Shown piece after piece: positions 18,146-25,782 of a stretch of 32,000 nt of DNA (its first letter is position 1; each line of letters opens with the position of its first letter). The notes under the pieces were generated by a model. It was not told the DNA's origin. It saw only the letters and a program-made list of their open reading frames with translations, and searched no databases. A program made the position numbers and the translations under genes. This stretch comes from Candidatus Methylomirabilis oxygeniifera (GTDB lineage: Bacteria; Methylomirabilota; Methylomirabilia; Methylomirabilales; Methylomirabilaceae): contig FP565575.1 of assembly GCA_000091165.1 (NCBI GenBank), positions 1,080,001-1,112,000 of the forward strand, in the 5' to 3' direction.

Positions 18146-18803
18146 GGCAGACCTCCATGTGCCGCCAGGTTGGACCCCGGCGCTTGTCCTTGAGGACGGT
18201 AAGCCCGCATGAAAACCGGCTATCGGTAAACCGCTTTCGCCGGGCAGTAACTCTGAGTGAGACGAGTGGGCCCAGCGACGGGGCCCCATCCTCTTTTGTC
18301 GTCAGGCAGAGGAGGGCGGTCTGATGTTTGTTTGCCAGCCCTGCCAGACGGGTCTGAAGCGGGACGGGCACGTCGCACCCGCCTGCGCGCGGTGCGCGGG
18401 CAGGTGCAGACAGGTCGAGCACGACCAGACCGAATGCGCCAGACCGAACGAGTTGATCCGCGGCGCGGGCCACGGCCCTGTTGTCAGGAACCCGTACGAT
18501 CGTCAGGATGTCGAGATCGACCCCGCTCTCAGCCGTATCAGGCGGGTAGAAGAGGCTATCGTCACGCGTGATCCAGACCACCGGCTCGTTCTGCCGCTGC
18601 GCCTGCAGCACCAGTCCGAAGGCCAGTGTGAGCGGAGCCGTCGCCCCCACGCCAGAGATCTCCACCAGCCGCCCGGTAACCTGCTCAAGGCTCCATCCTA
18701 CCTCTTGCGCACTTCTCTCTTGCTGCAGCGAAAGGACGTGATTGCGATACGGTTTGTTGTTATACATAAGACTAATACTGTGAGCCAAAAAAATATCCCC
18801 CAC
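18123..18803 (-). CDS. imuA: ImuA (RecA/SulA-fold SOS mutagenesis protein)
   Basis: RecA-fold-like core: GRLVEISGVGATAPLTLAFGLVLQAQ, VVWI, GAFGLVVLDL. It sits directly upstream of imuB. The start is uncertain: either GTG at 18803, 3 nt after the DUF5131 stop, or ATG at 18767. The first ~19 codons overlap the conserved AT-rich block. Confidence 0.7.
   Translation of the reverse strand: MGDIFLAHSISLMYNNKPYRNHVLSLQQERSAQEVGWSLEQVTGRLVEISGVGATAPLTLAFGLVLQAQRQNEPVVWITRDDSLFYPPDTAESGVDLDILTIVRVPDNRAVARAADQLVRSGAFGLVVLDLSAPARAPRAGGCDVPVPLQTRLAGLANKHQTALLCLTTKEDGAPSLGPLVSLRVTARRKRFTDSRFSCGLTVLKDKRRGPTWRHMEVCHGPAGLC
18745..18796 (-). promoter_or_regulatory. AT-rich block paralogous to the lexA upstream block; 20-mer core GTATTAGTCTTATGTATAAC at 18759-18778 (minus sense) with an extended -10-like TGTATAAC
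   Basis: The minus-strand sequence ATATTTTTTTGGCTCACAGTATTAGTCTTATGTATAACAACAAACCGTATCG aligns with 20454-20498. The 20-mer core matches at 17 of 20 positions. Confidence 0.4.
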
Positions 18804-18806
18804 CAG

Positions 18807-19565
18807 TCATCGCAAGCACGCAGAAGTAGACTTGTAGGATGAAGTTTCCGGTGTCGCACTCTCCGGCGCCTCATTCCAAGTTCTTCCGTCCAGGAGACGG
18901 CCCGCGCGCTTCTTATTCGTACCGCCCCATTGTTTGAAGAAAAAGGGGACGTGGGCCTGATGACATGCCTGCAAGATCTCCACGACCCATGATCGCTCCA
19001 TCGGACGCGCCCCCGGCCCCGATTCGCCACCGACGATAACCCAATCGATGCCGCGCAGATCCACAGCGCCAAGCGATTCCAACAGCGGCTCGAAGGAGAT
19101 GAACTTGATGGCGGCCGGAGTATGTCGAAGGTGATCGAGCCGATACAGATACGGCTTCGTTTCAACGCTGACACCCATCCAGATGTTGTCAGGCCACGAC
19201 AGCGATGGCGCCAATTGCTGGAGCTTCTCAGATCGCTTGGTGAGCACCTGGAATTGATGCCAGTGCGCCTGCTGCATCACCTCAAACACCCGGGCGACGT
19301 ACTCAACTGGCACCGCTTCATGGAAGAGATCGCTCATCGAATTGACGAACACCCGATGAGGCCGCTTCCAACTGAACGGTAGCCGGAGCATCTGCTCCTG
19401 GAGCGTCACCTCGAAGTCGTTTCGGTAGTTGTAGTTGCCCATAGCCTGCAGGCGATGAGACAGCCGCTCCGCATAGCAATGTTGGCATCCTGGGCTGATC
19501 TTCGTGCAACCTGTCACAGGATTCCAGGTCGCGTCGGTCCATTCAATGCTCGTCCCTTGGGCCAT
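18807..19565 (-). CDS. DUF5131 (phage Gp37/Gp68 family) protein
   Basis: Hallmark N-terminus SIEWTDATWNPVTGCTKISPGCQHCYAE. Further motifs are VFVNSMSDLF, FISFEPLL, WVIVGGESG and FFFKQWGG. RBS AGGAAA upstream. Confidence 0.85.
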   Translation of the reverse strand: MAQGTSIEWTDATWNPVTGCTKISPGCQHCYAERLSHRLQAMGNYNYRNDFEVTLQEQMLRLPFSWKRPHRVFVNSMSDLFHEAVPVEYVARVFEVMQQAHWHQFQVLTKRSEKLQQLAPSLSWPDNIWMGVSVETKPYLYRLDHLRHTPAAIKFISFEPLLESLGAVDLRGIDWVIVGGESGPGARPMERSWVVEILQACHQAHVPFFFKQWGGTNKKRAGRLLDGRTWNEAPESATPETSSYKSTSACLR

Positions 19566-19701
19566 AGCTATTTCCTACAACAGATCAAGTTGAGGCGTGC
19601 TGTATCTCTCGGCTTCTCGCCAGAAGGCTCCACCACGCTCGTGCCGGCTGAAGAATCCAAGTCGATAGAGTGGGAGGTTTTTCTCGGTTGAGCGCACCAT
19701 C

Positions 19702-20295
19702 TTACAGCTTTCGAAAAACCCCGATGACCTTTCCCAAAATCTTGACGCGCTCCCCGTTCTCGATCCTGATCGGCGCGAACTGCTCATTCTCCGGTTGGAG
19801 GATGACTGTCGCGCCGTCGAGTTGGAAGCGCTTGACCGTGACCTCGTCCTCGATCATGGCCACCACGATCTCGCCTGGGTGCGCCTCCGGCTGCGCCGTT
19901 ACGAGCACGAGGTCGCCGTCAAAGATGCGGGCATCGCGCATACTGTCGCCCTGAACCTTTAAGAGGAAAGCCTTGCCGCTACCGGTCCATTCCAGAGGAA
20001 GCGGGTAACTGGCCTCGATGTGTTCGTCGGATAGGACCGGCCTACCGGCCGTCACCCGGCCGAGCAGAGGCGTAAGAGTAGCGCGCTGTTCCCGACGCAG
20101 ATCGATAGCCCGCGCCCGTTTGGGCGTGCGCGTAAGATGGCCGGCTCGCTCCAGTCGCTCGAGATGATACTGGACGCCCCGAATGTAGATCTTCACGTGC
20201 CTGGCGATCTCGCGCTGCGTTGGTGGGGCGCCATGCCGAGCCTTATAGCTAGCGATGAAGTTCAGGATCTGCCGCTGCCGGTCGGTGAGTGCCAT
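19702..20295 (-). CDS. lexA: LexA repressor
   Basis: Start at MALTDRQRQILNFI (20295, RBS AGGGAGA). Winged-HTH N-domain. S24 peptidase domain with VQGDSM (Ser) and VTVKRF (Lys). The 34 upstream codons of the listed ORF are encoded by a palindromic repeat. Confidence 0.9.
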   Translation of the reverse strand: MALTDRQRQILNFIASYKARHGAPPTQREIARHVKIYIRGVQYHLERLERAGHLTRTPKRARAIDLRREQRATLTPLLGRVTAGRPVLSDEHIEASYPLPLEWTGSGKAFLLKVQGDSMRDARIFDGDLVLVTAQPEAHPGEIVVAMIEDEVTVKRFQLDGATVILQPENEQFAPIRIENGERVKILGKVIGVFRKL

Positions 20296-20328
20296 CAGGT
20301 CTCCCTGATTGTTCTTGAAATAGCGTTC

Positions 20329-20450
20329 AGCACTCAGCCGCCGGAACAGGCTGAAGACCGAAGGTAACGAGGCTGAAGGTTCCGGAAAACCCTTCAACCT
20401 TCAGTCTGCAGTCTGAACTTCCCCTGGTTGAATGCTGAAAGCTGAGTGCT
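20329..20450. repeat. ~120-bp nested palindromic element (CTGAAGG-type) in the lexA 5' leader
   Basis: Outer arms AGCACTCAGC (20329-20338) / GCTGAGTGCT (20441-20450) are perfect. Inner arms CTGAAGGTT (20373-20381) / AACCTTCAG (20396-20404) are perfect. CTGAAG-like units are repeated in between. Confidence 0.65.
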
Positions 20451-20453
20451 TAC

Positions 20454-20498
20454 CGATACTCATATTATACATTAGACTACTACGTCAAGAAAAAATAT
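20454..20498 (-). promoter_or_regulatory. Candidate lexA promoter/operator block; 20-mer core GTAGTAGTCTAATGTATAAT at 20464-20483 (minus sense) with an extended -10 TGTATAAT and a nearby TTGACG
   Basis: The minus strand reads ATATTTTTTCTTGACGTAGTAGTCTAATGTATAATATGAGTATCG. TGnTATAAT is a consensus extended -10. TTGACG lies only 13 nt upstream, which is suboptimal. The block is paralogous to 18745-18796. Confidence 0.4.
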
Positions 20499-20513
20499 TT
20501 GCCGGCGTAAGGA

Positions 20514-21881
20514 TCAGCTCTTCCCGCTGACCTGCAGCTCCTTGATCAGACGGGAAAGGTACGTGCGCTGCAGGCCGAGGGCGCTCGCAGCCCGCGATTG
20601 ATTGCCTCCTGAGCGGTGGAGGGCCTCCCGGATGAGCTGTCGTTTGTAGGCCACCACAGCCTCATGGAAATCGCGAGGCGTTTCTCCGGCAGGCGGCTCC
20701 GATGTGCCGGCGAGGATGGCCAGCGGAAGATCCTCTGATGTGATCCGATCATGGACACTCAGGACAACAGCCCGCTCGATGAAGTTCGCCAACTCCCTCA
20801 CGTTGCCGGGCCAGTGGTAGTGTTGCAGCAACTCCCATGCGTCCGGTGTAATCTCCTTGATTCGCTTTCCCAGGTTGCTGCTGTATCGAGCCAGAAAGTA
20901 ATTGGTCAGGGGGACAATATCTTCGGGGCGGTCTCGAAGTGGTGGAAGCGAGACGGTCACGGCATTGAGTCGAAAGAAAAGGTCCTCACGGAACAACCCC
21001 TCCCGAACCGCTTTGTCCAGGCGTCGGTTGGTGGCGGCTACGAAGCGGAGATCGACCTGTATCGGCTTTGTCCCACCGATTCGCTCAAACTCGCGCTCTT
21101 GAAGAACGCGGAGGAGCTTTGCCTGCAGGCGTGGCTTCAGGTCGCCGATCTCATCGAGGAACGCGGTACCCCCGTCGGCCAATTCCAGCTTGCCGCACTT
21201 ACGCTGATGCGCGCCCGTAAAGGCTCCACGCTCGTGACCAAACAGCTCACTTTCCAACAGATCTTCCGACAATGCCACGCAATTCACCACCACAAAAGGT
21301 TTATCCCGCCTTGGACTCCATTCGTGAATAGCCCTCGCGAACACCTCTTTCCCGGTTCCGGTTTCTCCCAACAGGAGAATCGTCGAACTGCCGGCCGCCC
21401 CCCGTCTGACTACGTCGACGGCATTCCGAATCTGTTCACTGTGTCCGATGATCGGCCGGCCTTGTCCCCTGACCTCACCGGTCAACAAAAGGTTTTCCCG
21501 CTTCAGCCCCTCCCGCTCCAATGCCTTGCCGATGACCACTTCCAGATGTCCGGGACTGAACGGCTTGGTGAGAAAGTCGTACGCGCCTACCCGCATCGCC
21601 TCCACCGCTTTTTCAATAGTGGCATACGCCGTCATGACGATGGTCGTCGTCTCCAACCCGTTCTCCCGGATCGCCTGCAACACCTCCAGTCCGCTCTTCT
21701 TCGGCATGTGCAGGTCAAGGAGGGTGATCGTCGGTAATTCCTCTCGCAGACGCACCAGCGCCTGCTCACCGTCCGACGCCTCCACGACCTCGAACCCCAT
21801 AGCCTTCAAGCGATCCCGAATCACCTCCCGGATGTCAGTATCGTCATCAACGACCAGGATCTTCGCGCGGGACATGCTCAT
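20514..21881 (-). CDS. NtrC-family sigma-54-dependent response regulator (REC + AAA+ + Fis-type HTH)
   Basis: Start at MSMSRAKILVVDDD (21881, RBS GGAGA). REC domain with LLDLHMPKKSG. Walker A GETGTGKE. The sigma-54 contact loop GAFTGA is present (ERGAFTGA). C-terminal HTH is GGNQSRAASALGLQRTYLSRLIKEL. The start overlaps the kinase stop (ATGA). Confidence 0.9.
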   Translation of the reverse strand: MSMSRAKILVVDDDTDIREVIRDRLKAMGFEVVEASDGEQALVRLREELPTITLLDLHMPKKSGLEVLQAIRENGLETTTIVMTAYATIEKAVEAMRVGAYDFLTKPFSPGHLEVVIGKALEREGLKRENLLLTGEVRGQGRPIIGHSEQIRNAVDVVRRGAAGSSTILLLGETGTGKEVFARAIHEWSPRRDKPFVVVNCVALSEDLLESELFGHERGAFTGAHQRKCGKLELADGGTAFLDEIGDLKPRLQAKLLRVLQEREFERIGGTKPIQVDLRFVAATNRRLDKAVREGLFREDLFFRLNAVTVSLPPLRDRPEDIVPLTNYFLARYSSNLGKRIKEITPDAWELLQHYHWPGNVRELANFIERAVVLSVHDRITSEDLPLAILAGTSEPPAGETPRDFHEAVVAYKRQLIREALHRSGGNQSRAASALGLQRTYLSRLIKELQVSGKS

Positions 21882-23850
21882 AGTAGGTTCTCCGTTTCGT
21901 GGAACTTCGCCATGGGTCGTCGGGGCAGGGTAAACGTGCTCCCCTGGCCAATCTGACTTGTGACTCGGATGTATCCCCATTGAAGCTCTACCAGGCTCTT
22001 GGCGATAGGAAGCCCGGGCCCTGTCCCCTTCGCCTTTGCCTGTATCCCGCGCTGGACTTGATAGGACTTATCGAAGATATGGGGAAGCTCGTCATCTGGA
22101 ATCCCTTCGCCGGTGTCGGTCACGGAAATGTCGACCCGCTCGCCGGTGCCAGGGCTTTCGGGTGTGGAGTTGTGGGTGTCAGGTCCTGGACTCAACACTG
22201 ACACTCGACAGTTCCAACTTGTCGCGCAGTCACGGTGATCTGTTTGCTGTGTGGTGTAAACTTGATCGCGTTCCCGATGAGGTTCATCAGGATCTGGCTG
22301 ACTTTGTCGCGATCGGCATACACAATCAACGGAGCTTCTGTGTCGGCAAGTTGAAGCCGCAGATCCTTTTCCGTCGCCATCGGTCGAAGCGTCTCCAGCA
22401 GTTCGCCGGCAAGCCCGGTCACAGAAAAGAAGGTCGGGGTTATCCGGACCCGGCCTTCCTCGATCCGAGCCAGGTCAAGCAGATCATTGATAAGTCGAAC
22501 AAGTTGGTCGACATTGCTCTTCACGCGCTGTAGGTACCGTTGTTGAGGCTCGCTGAGCGGCCCCGTGATTTCATCCAGCATATTGTCGACCGAGCCCTTA
22601 ATGGCAGTCAGCGGGGTGCGAAGCTCGTGGGAGACGTTGAGCAAGAAATGAGATTTGGCCCGGTCAAGCTCCTGCAGTCGCCGATGTGACGCCTCCAGCG
22701 CCTGATTCATCTCCGACAAATCTCTGGTCCTTTTCGCGATCTTATCCTCCAGGCTGATATTCAGCTTTTCAATCTCATGGTAGGCGGAAGCATTGTCGAT
22801 CGCTAGCGCGGCTTGCCGTGCGAGTCCATCCATGAGTCGAATCTGTTCCGGCGTACATGTATGCGATTTCTCCCACCACACCAGGAATAGGCCGCCGATG
22901 ACTCGGTCCTTGACGATCATAGGTGCGAAGAGGCAGGATCGAAACCCAAGACGTCGAATAGCCGGATGTGCATAGCGCGGGTCGGCCGGTACGTCATTGG
23001 AGTGGACGGGCGCTCTCCGTTCAAACCCCTCTTGGGCAAGCGGCAAGGCCTGCAGAGAAAGAGGAATCCGCTGAAACGGTTCGGATACCCACTCCGGGAG
23101 GTTATAGCCGCCAAAGGGGCGGATGACTCCCTGCTCGGAATCGAAGAGGTAGGTGCCGGAGCTGTCAGCCTCAGCCGCGAGTGCCGCCTCTTTTGCGACG
23201 CGCAAGAGCGTCTCCTTGAGATCCAATGTGGAACCGACGGATCGACTGACCGCAAGCAGCGTCTCACACGCACGCAACCGCTCCTGGGTTGCCTGAAACA
23301 GCCTGGCGTTGTCGATGGCCAGAGCCACCTGACTGGCGATGGCACTGGCCAGGCGTACCTGGATATCGGTAAACGGCTTACCCTCTTCCATCTGGTGCAG
23401 AACAAGCACGCCGATCACCCTGTCCTGACGAATAAGCGGAACGGACAGAAGGGCCTTCAGCCTGAACGCTTCGATCCACCGAGTTGGCAATAAGCCGCTG
23501 CTTGCCGGATGATCCAGGACGATGGGGGCGCGTCGTTCGATTGTGGCGATGATGGCCAGGATCTGCTCTCCCTTCTGACTCCCTAATTGTGTGAACTGTT
23601 CCCAGAGTTCATCGAGCCGCTCCCCTGAGGCGGCTTGAGACATGACCGGGACTACTCGCTCATCTGACGCATCGCAGAGGAAGATCGAGCAGACATCTGC
23701 CCCGCAGGCCGCAGCGGCGCGTTGAGCGATAATCTTCAGCAGTTCTTTGAGGTCAAGCGTGGAAGAGACTGCCTGGGCGATTTCCAGCAAGACAGCCGGC
23801 GTTGTACGCTCATGGCCGAGCACAGGAGAGGCAAAAGGTAGTACGCTCAC
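21878..23850 (-). pseudogene. GAF-GAF-HisKA-HATPase sensor histidine kinase with the reading frame broken at ~22192-22204 (listed as two ORFs, 22192..23850 and 21878..22204)
   Basis: The upstream ORF carries two GAF-like regions, the H-box VSHELRTPLTAIKGSV and the N-box LIGNAIKFT, then stops at ...ITVTARQVGTVECQC*. The downstream ORF is in another frame and continues with the rest of the ATPase domain (GERVDISVTDTGEGIP, GTGPGLPIAKSLVE). The break coincides with a GT-rich palindromic element. Confidence 0.6.
22161..22209. repeat. GT-rich imperfect palindromic element at the kinase frame break
   Basis: GGTGTGGAGTTGTGGGTGTCAGG-tcctg-GACTCAACACTGACACTCGAC. The arms are approximately reverse-complementary. 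The GTGTTGAGT / ACTCAACAC units resemble the element inside imuB (16877-16955). Confidence 0.5.
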
Positions 23851-24095
23851 ACCGTTCCCTCGATTACTGCCGGCTGAGTGAAGTGACGCACTTAGATTTG
23901 TGAGTCAAGGATGTGGCTCACGGCCGCTTGTTACCGACGGATGATCGTATGAAGTGGAGCGCTCGATCTGCGAGTACGGTGCGCGATAGCCACGGCGCGT
24001 CTTCCGCGACCGGATAGAAGCGACTCCAGTGGTGTTGACGAGAGTGTACACGTAATTCCAAGGACAGGCTCTTTTCTTAGCTGCTGCGATACCGC

Positions 24096-24204
24096 TTGTC
24101 AAGGAAAAACCCCCGCGGACCAGGCCCGCAAAGCATCCAATTCCGCTTGACAACCCTGAGCGAAATGAATGAGAATCCTTCATTCTTCCACACGGCTTTG
24201 TCAA
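24096..24204. promoter_or_regulatory. Three TTGWCAA palindromic heptamers spaced exactly 51 bp apart upstream of the lipoprotein gene; the middle one doubles as a -35 (TTGACA-N18-GAGAAT)
   Basis: TTGTCAA at 24096-24102, TTGACAA at 24147-24153 and TTGTCAA at 24198-24204. The first two share the longer context CCGCTTG(T/A)CAA. Confidence 0.35.
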
Positions 24205-24255
24205 CACACATCAACGATTCTCCCAAACATACCGGCTCAAAGGAGGAGGTGTTCG

Positions 24256-25479
24256 ATGCGTGTCTCCCGCCTGCTTTACCGACTGCCGATTGTGTTCCTC
24301 TGCTTTGACGCCGGTTGCGCCTCGCTCGATCAGCCATCTCGCGATCTTCTCAGACTGTCACTGCCCGATCAGGCACAGCGCTACGACAAGTTCAAGGACA
24401 ATAAGGAATTAGTCGAGCGCTTTCTCGCTTGCAGCGGTGAGACCTACCAGCCGTCCGGTGCTCAGCCGCCTGATCTGAGTGCCTCCGCGTTTGGCGCAGA
24501 GCCGGAGCGCGCGGCACACAGGGCGGCGGCGCTGGTTAGTAATGCCCTCGATCTCACGCTTCACGAGGCCCGCCAAGAGCTGCGAGCGCAGATCCGAACG
24601 CAGATCAAAGACCTAGTCGATGTGAACGAACATACGATCCCGCACGGCGCGCTCGCTGTGAAGCTCAAGGAACGGTTGAAGCATGTCTCGATCGGTGTCG
24701 GTGCGCAACGAGTGGCGCTCCATCGATATGCCAAGCTCCTGGCCGCCACGCCTCAGTTAGTTGAATACCTGCATGCACGGATTCAGGACGACGAAGACCG
24801 AATCGCTCAGACAGGAACGCGTTTCGAACGCCTGTTGGTGGCCTACAACAAAGCCTATTTCGGTGAGATCGCATTCAAGGAGGCATCGGGCGCCGTCGGG
24901 GCGGAGGCGTCGCACATACGGATCAAGAAGATTGTGCGGAGCGTCTCCGACGGATTTGTAGACCGTAACGGCGCAAGACTCGCGTTCCCTGGACTACCCC
25001 TTGACGAGTTGAAGTCAACGCAGGGCCTACGGGTTCATGTCGGGTCGGCCGATTCTCGTCGTGTCGCGTCGGACCTGACCCGGATCTTCGTGGAGGCGCT
25101 ATTCGATGCGGCCTTTCAGGTTCCGGCGATCGACGGGGCTACAGCTCTAAAGATTACCGGGTTTGGATTCCCGCGGTTTGACGCCGAGAATCCACCGATC
25201 CCGGTTGACGATTTTGCGAAGCTCACCACCGATGGCCTGCGAACCGAAGCTGCGATCACCTCGCATATCGGGGAGTTGGTGCGGGGCGGAGGAGGTCTTG
25301 GTATCAATAATGAGACGCTCGCAAGCATGATCGAGACCGCCGCCGGTGTCATCGCCAGGAAGCTGACGGAACACGAGCTGTTTTGTTACTACCGTGCCAC
25401 ATCGGGCACAGCGCATGCGGGAAGCTCCGACACACACGATAGCGTACAGCGGGTCGCCGAAGACCTTGACTACCAGTAA
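24256..25479 (+). CDS. Lipoprotein of unknown function (~407 aa)
   Basis: ATG at 24256 preceded by AGGAGGAGG. Signal peptide with a lipobox-like LCFDAGC. The body is largely alpha-helical and charged, and no family was recognised. Confidence 0.7.
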   Translation: MRVSRLLYRLPIVFLCFDAGCASLDQPSRDLLRLSLPDQAQRYDKFKDNKELVERFLACSGETYQPSGAQPPDLSASAFGAEPERAAHRAAALVSNALDLTLHEARQELRAQIRTQIKDLVDVNEHTIPHGALAVKLKERLKHVSIGVGAQRVALHRYAKLLAATPQLVEYLHARIQDDEDRIAQTGTRFERLLVAYNKAYFGEIAFKEASGAVGAEASHIRIKKIVRSVSDGFVDRNGARLAFPGLPLDELKSTQGLRVHVGSADSRRVASDLTRIFVEALFDAAFQVPAIDGATALKITGFGFPRFDAENPPIPVDDFAKLTTDGLRTEAAITSHIGELVRGGGGLGINNETLASMIETAAGVIARKLTEHELFCYYRATSGTAHAGSSDTHDSVQRVAEDLDYQ

Positions 25480-25554
25480 GACACGCGCTCCGGAGAGCAG
25501 GCTCATCGTTCGGCTGGCGGTTAACCAACCTTTTCGAGATGATGGAGGAGCGAC

Positions 25555-25782
25555 ATGGAATATGTTGTGGTCACCTACCCAACAAAGCGGAACATTCGCA
25601 TCGATGGACAGATCGCAGGGCAATGTAACGATACGCTCATGGTGGAAAGGGGCCACCATAAGTTTGACCTGGGAGAACCGCAGGACTATCAACCGGCAGC
25701 CGTCGAAAAGAAGGTCCAAGACACGACGGGGATCAGTCCCATGATTATCGACGACTTTCATCCTGCGGGAGGTGTGGTATGA
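25555..25782 (+). CDS. Small PEGA-domain-like protein (75 aa)
   Basis: RBS GGAGGAG 5 nt upstream. The pattern VVVTYPTKRNIRIDGQIAGQCNDTLMVERGHHKFDL resembles PEGA domains. Its stop overlaps the patatin start (ATGA), which indicates translational coupling. Confidence 0.5.
   Translation: MEYVVVTYPTKRNIRIDGQIAGQCNDTLMVERGHHKFDLGEPQDYQPAAVEKKVQDTTGISPMIIDDFHPAGGVV

Noticed and set aside
19566-20513. Canonical LexA boxes in the lexA and DUF5131 upstream regions
   Set aside because: GTTC-N10-GTTC (20311-20328) has the wrong spacing for the alphaproteobacterial GTTC-N7-GTTC type. CAAC-N7-GTTG at ~19580-19594 overlaps the RBS and has no second copy. No CTGT-N8-ACAG or GAAC-N4-GTTC was found. The shared AT-rich 20-mer is a better candidate.
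20751-21737. 328-aa plus-strand ORF antisense to the NtrC-type regulator, and 3475..4125 (216 aa) antisense to the DASS transporter
   Set aside because: Shadow ORFs of confidently identified genes, with no independent coding signal.
23912-23934. Plus-strand sigma-54-like sequence TGGCTCACGGCCGCTTGTTAC pointing toward the lipoprotein gene
   Set aside because: It shares CCGCTTGTTAC with the two sigma-54 promoters, but the GG to TTG distance is 3 nt too long for sigma-54, which tolerates almost no spacing change. It also lies ~320 nt from the ATG.
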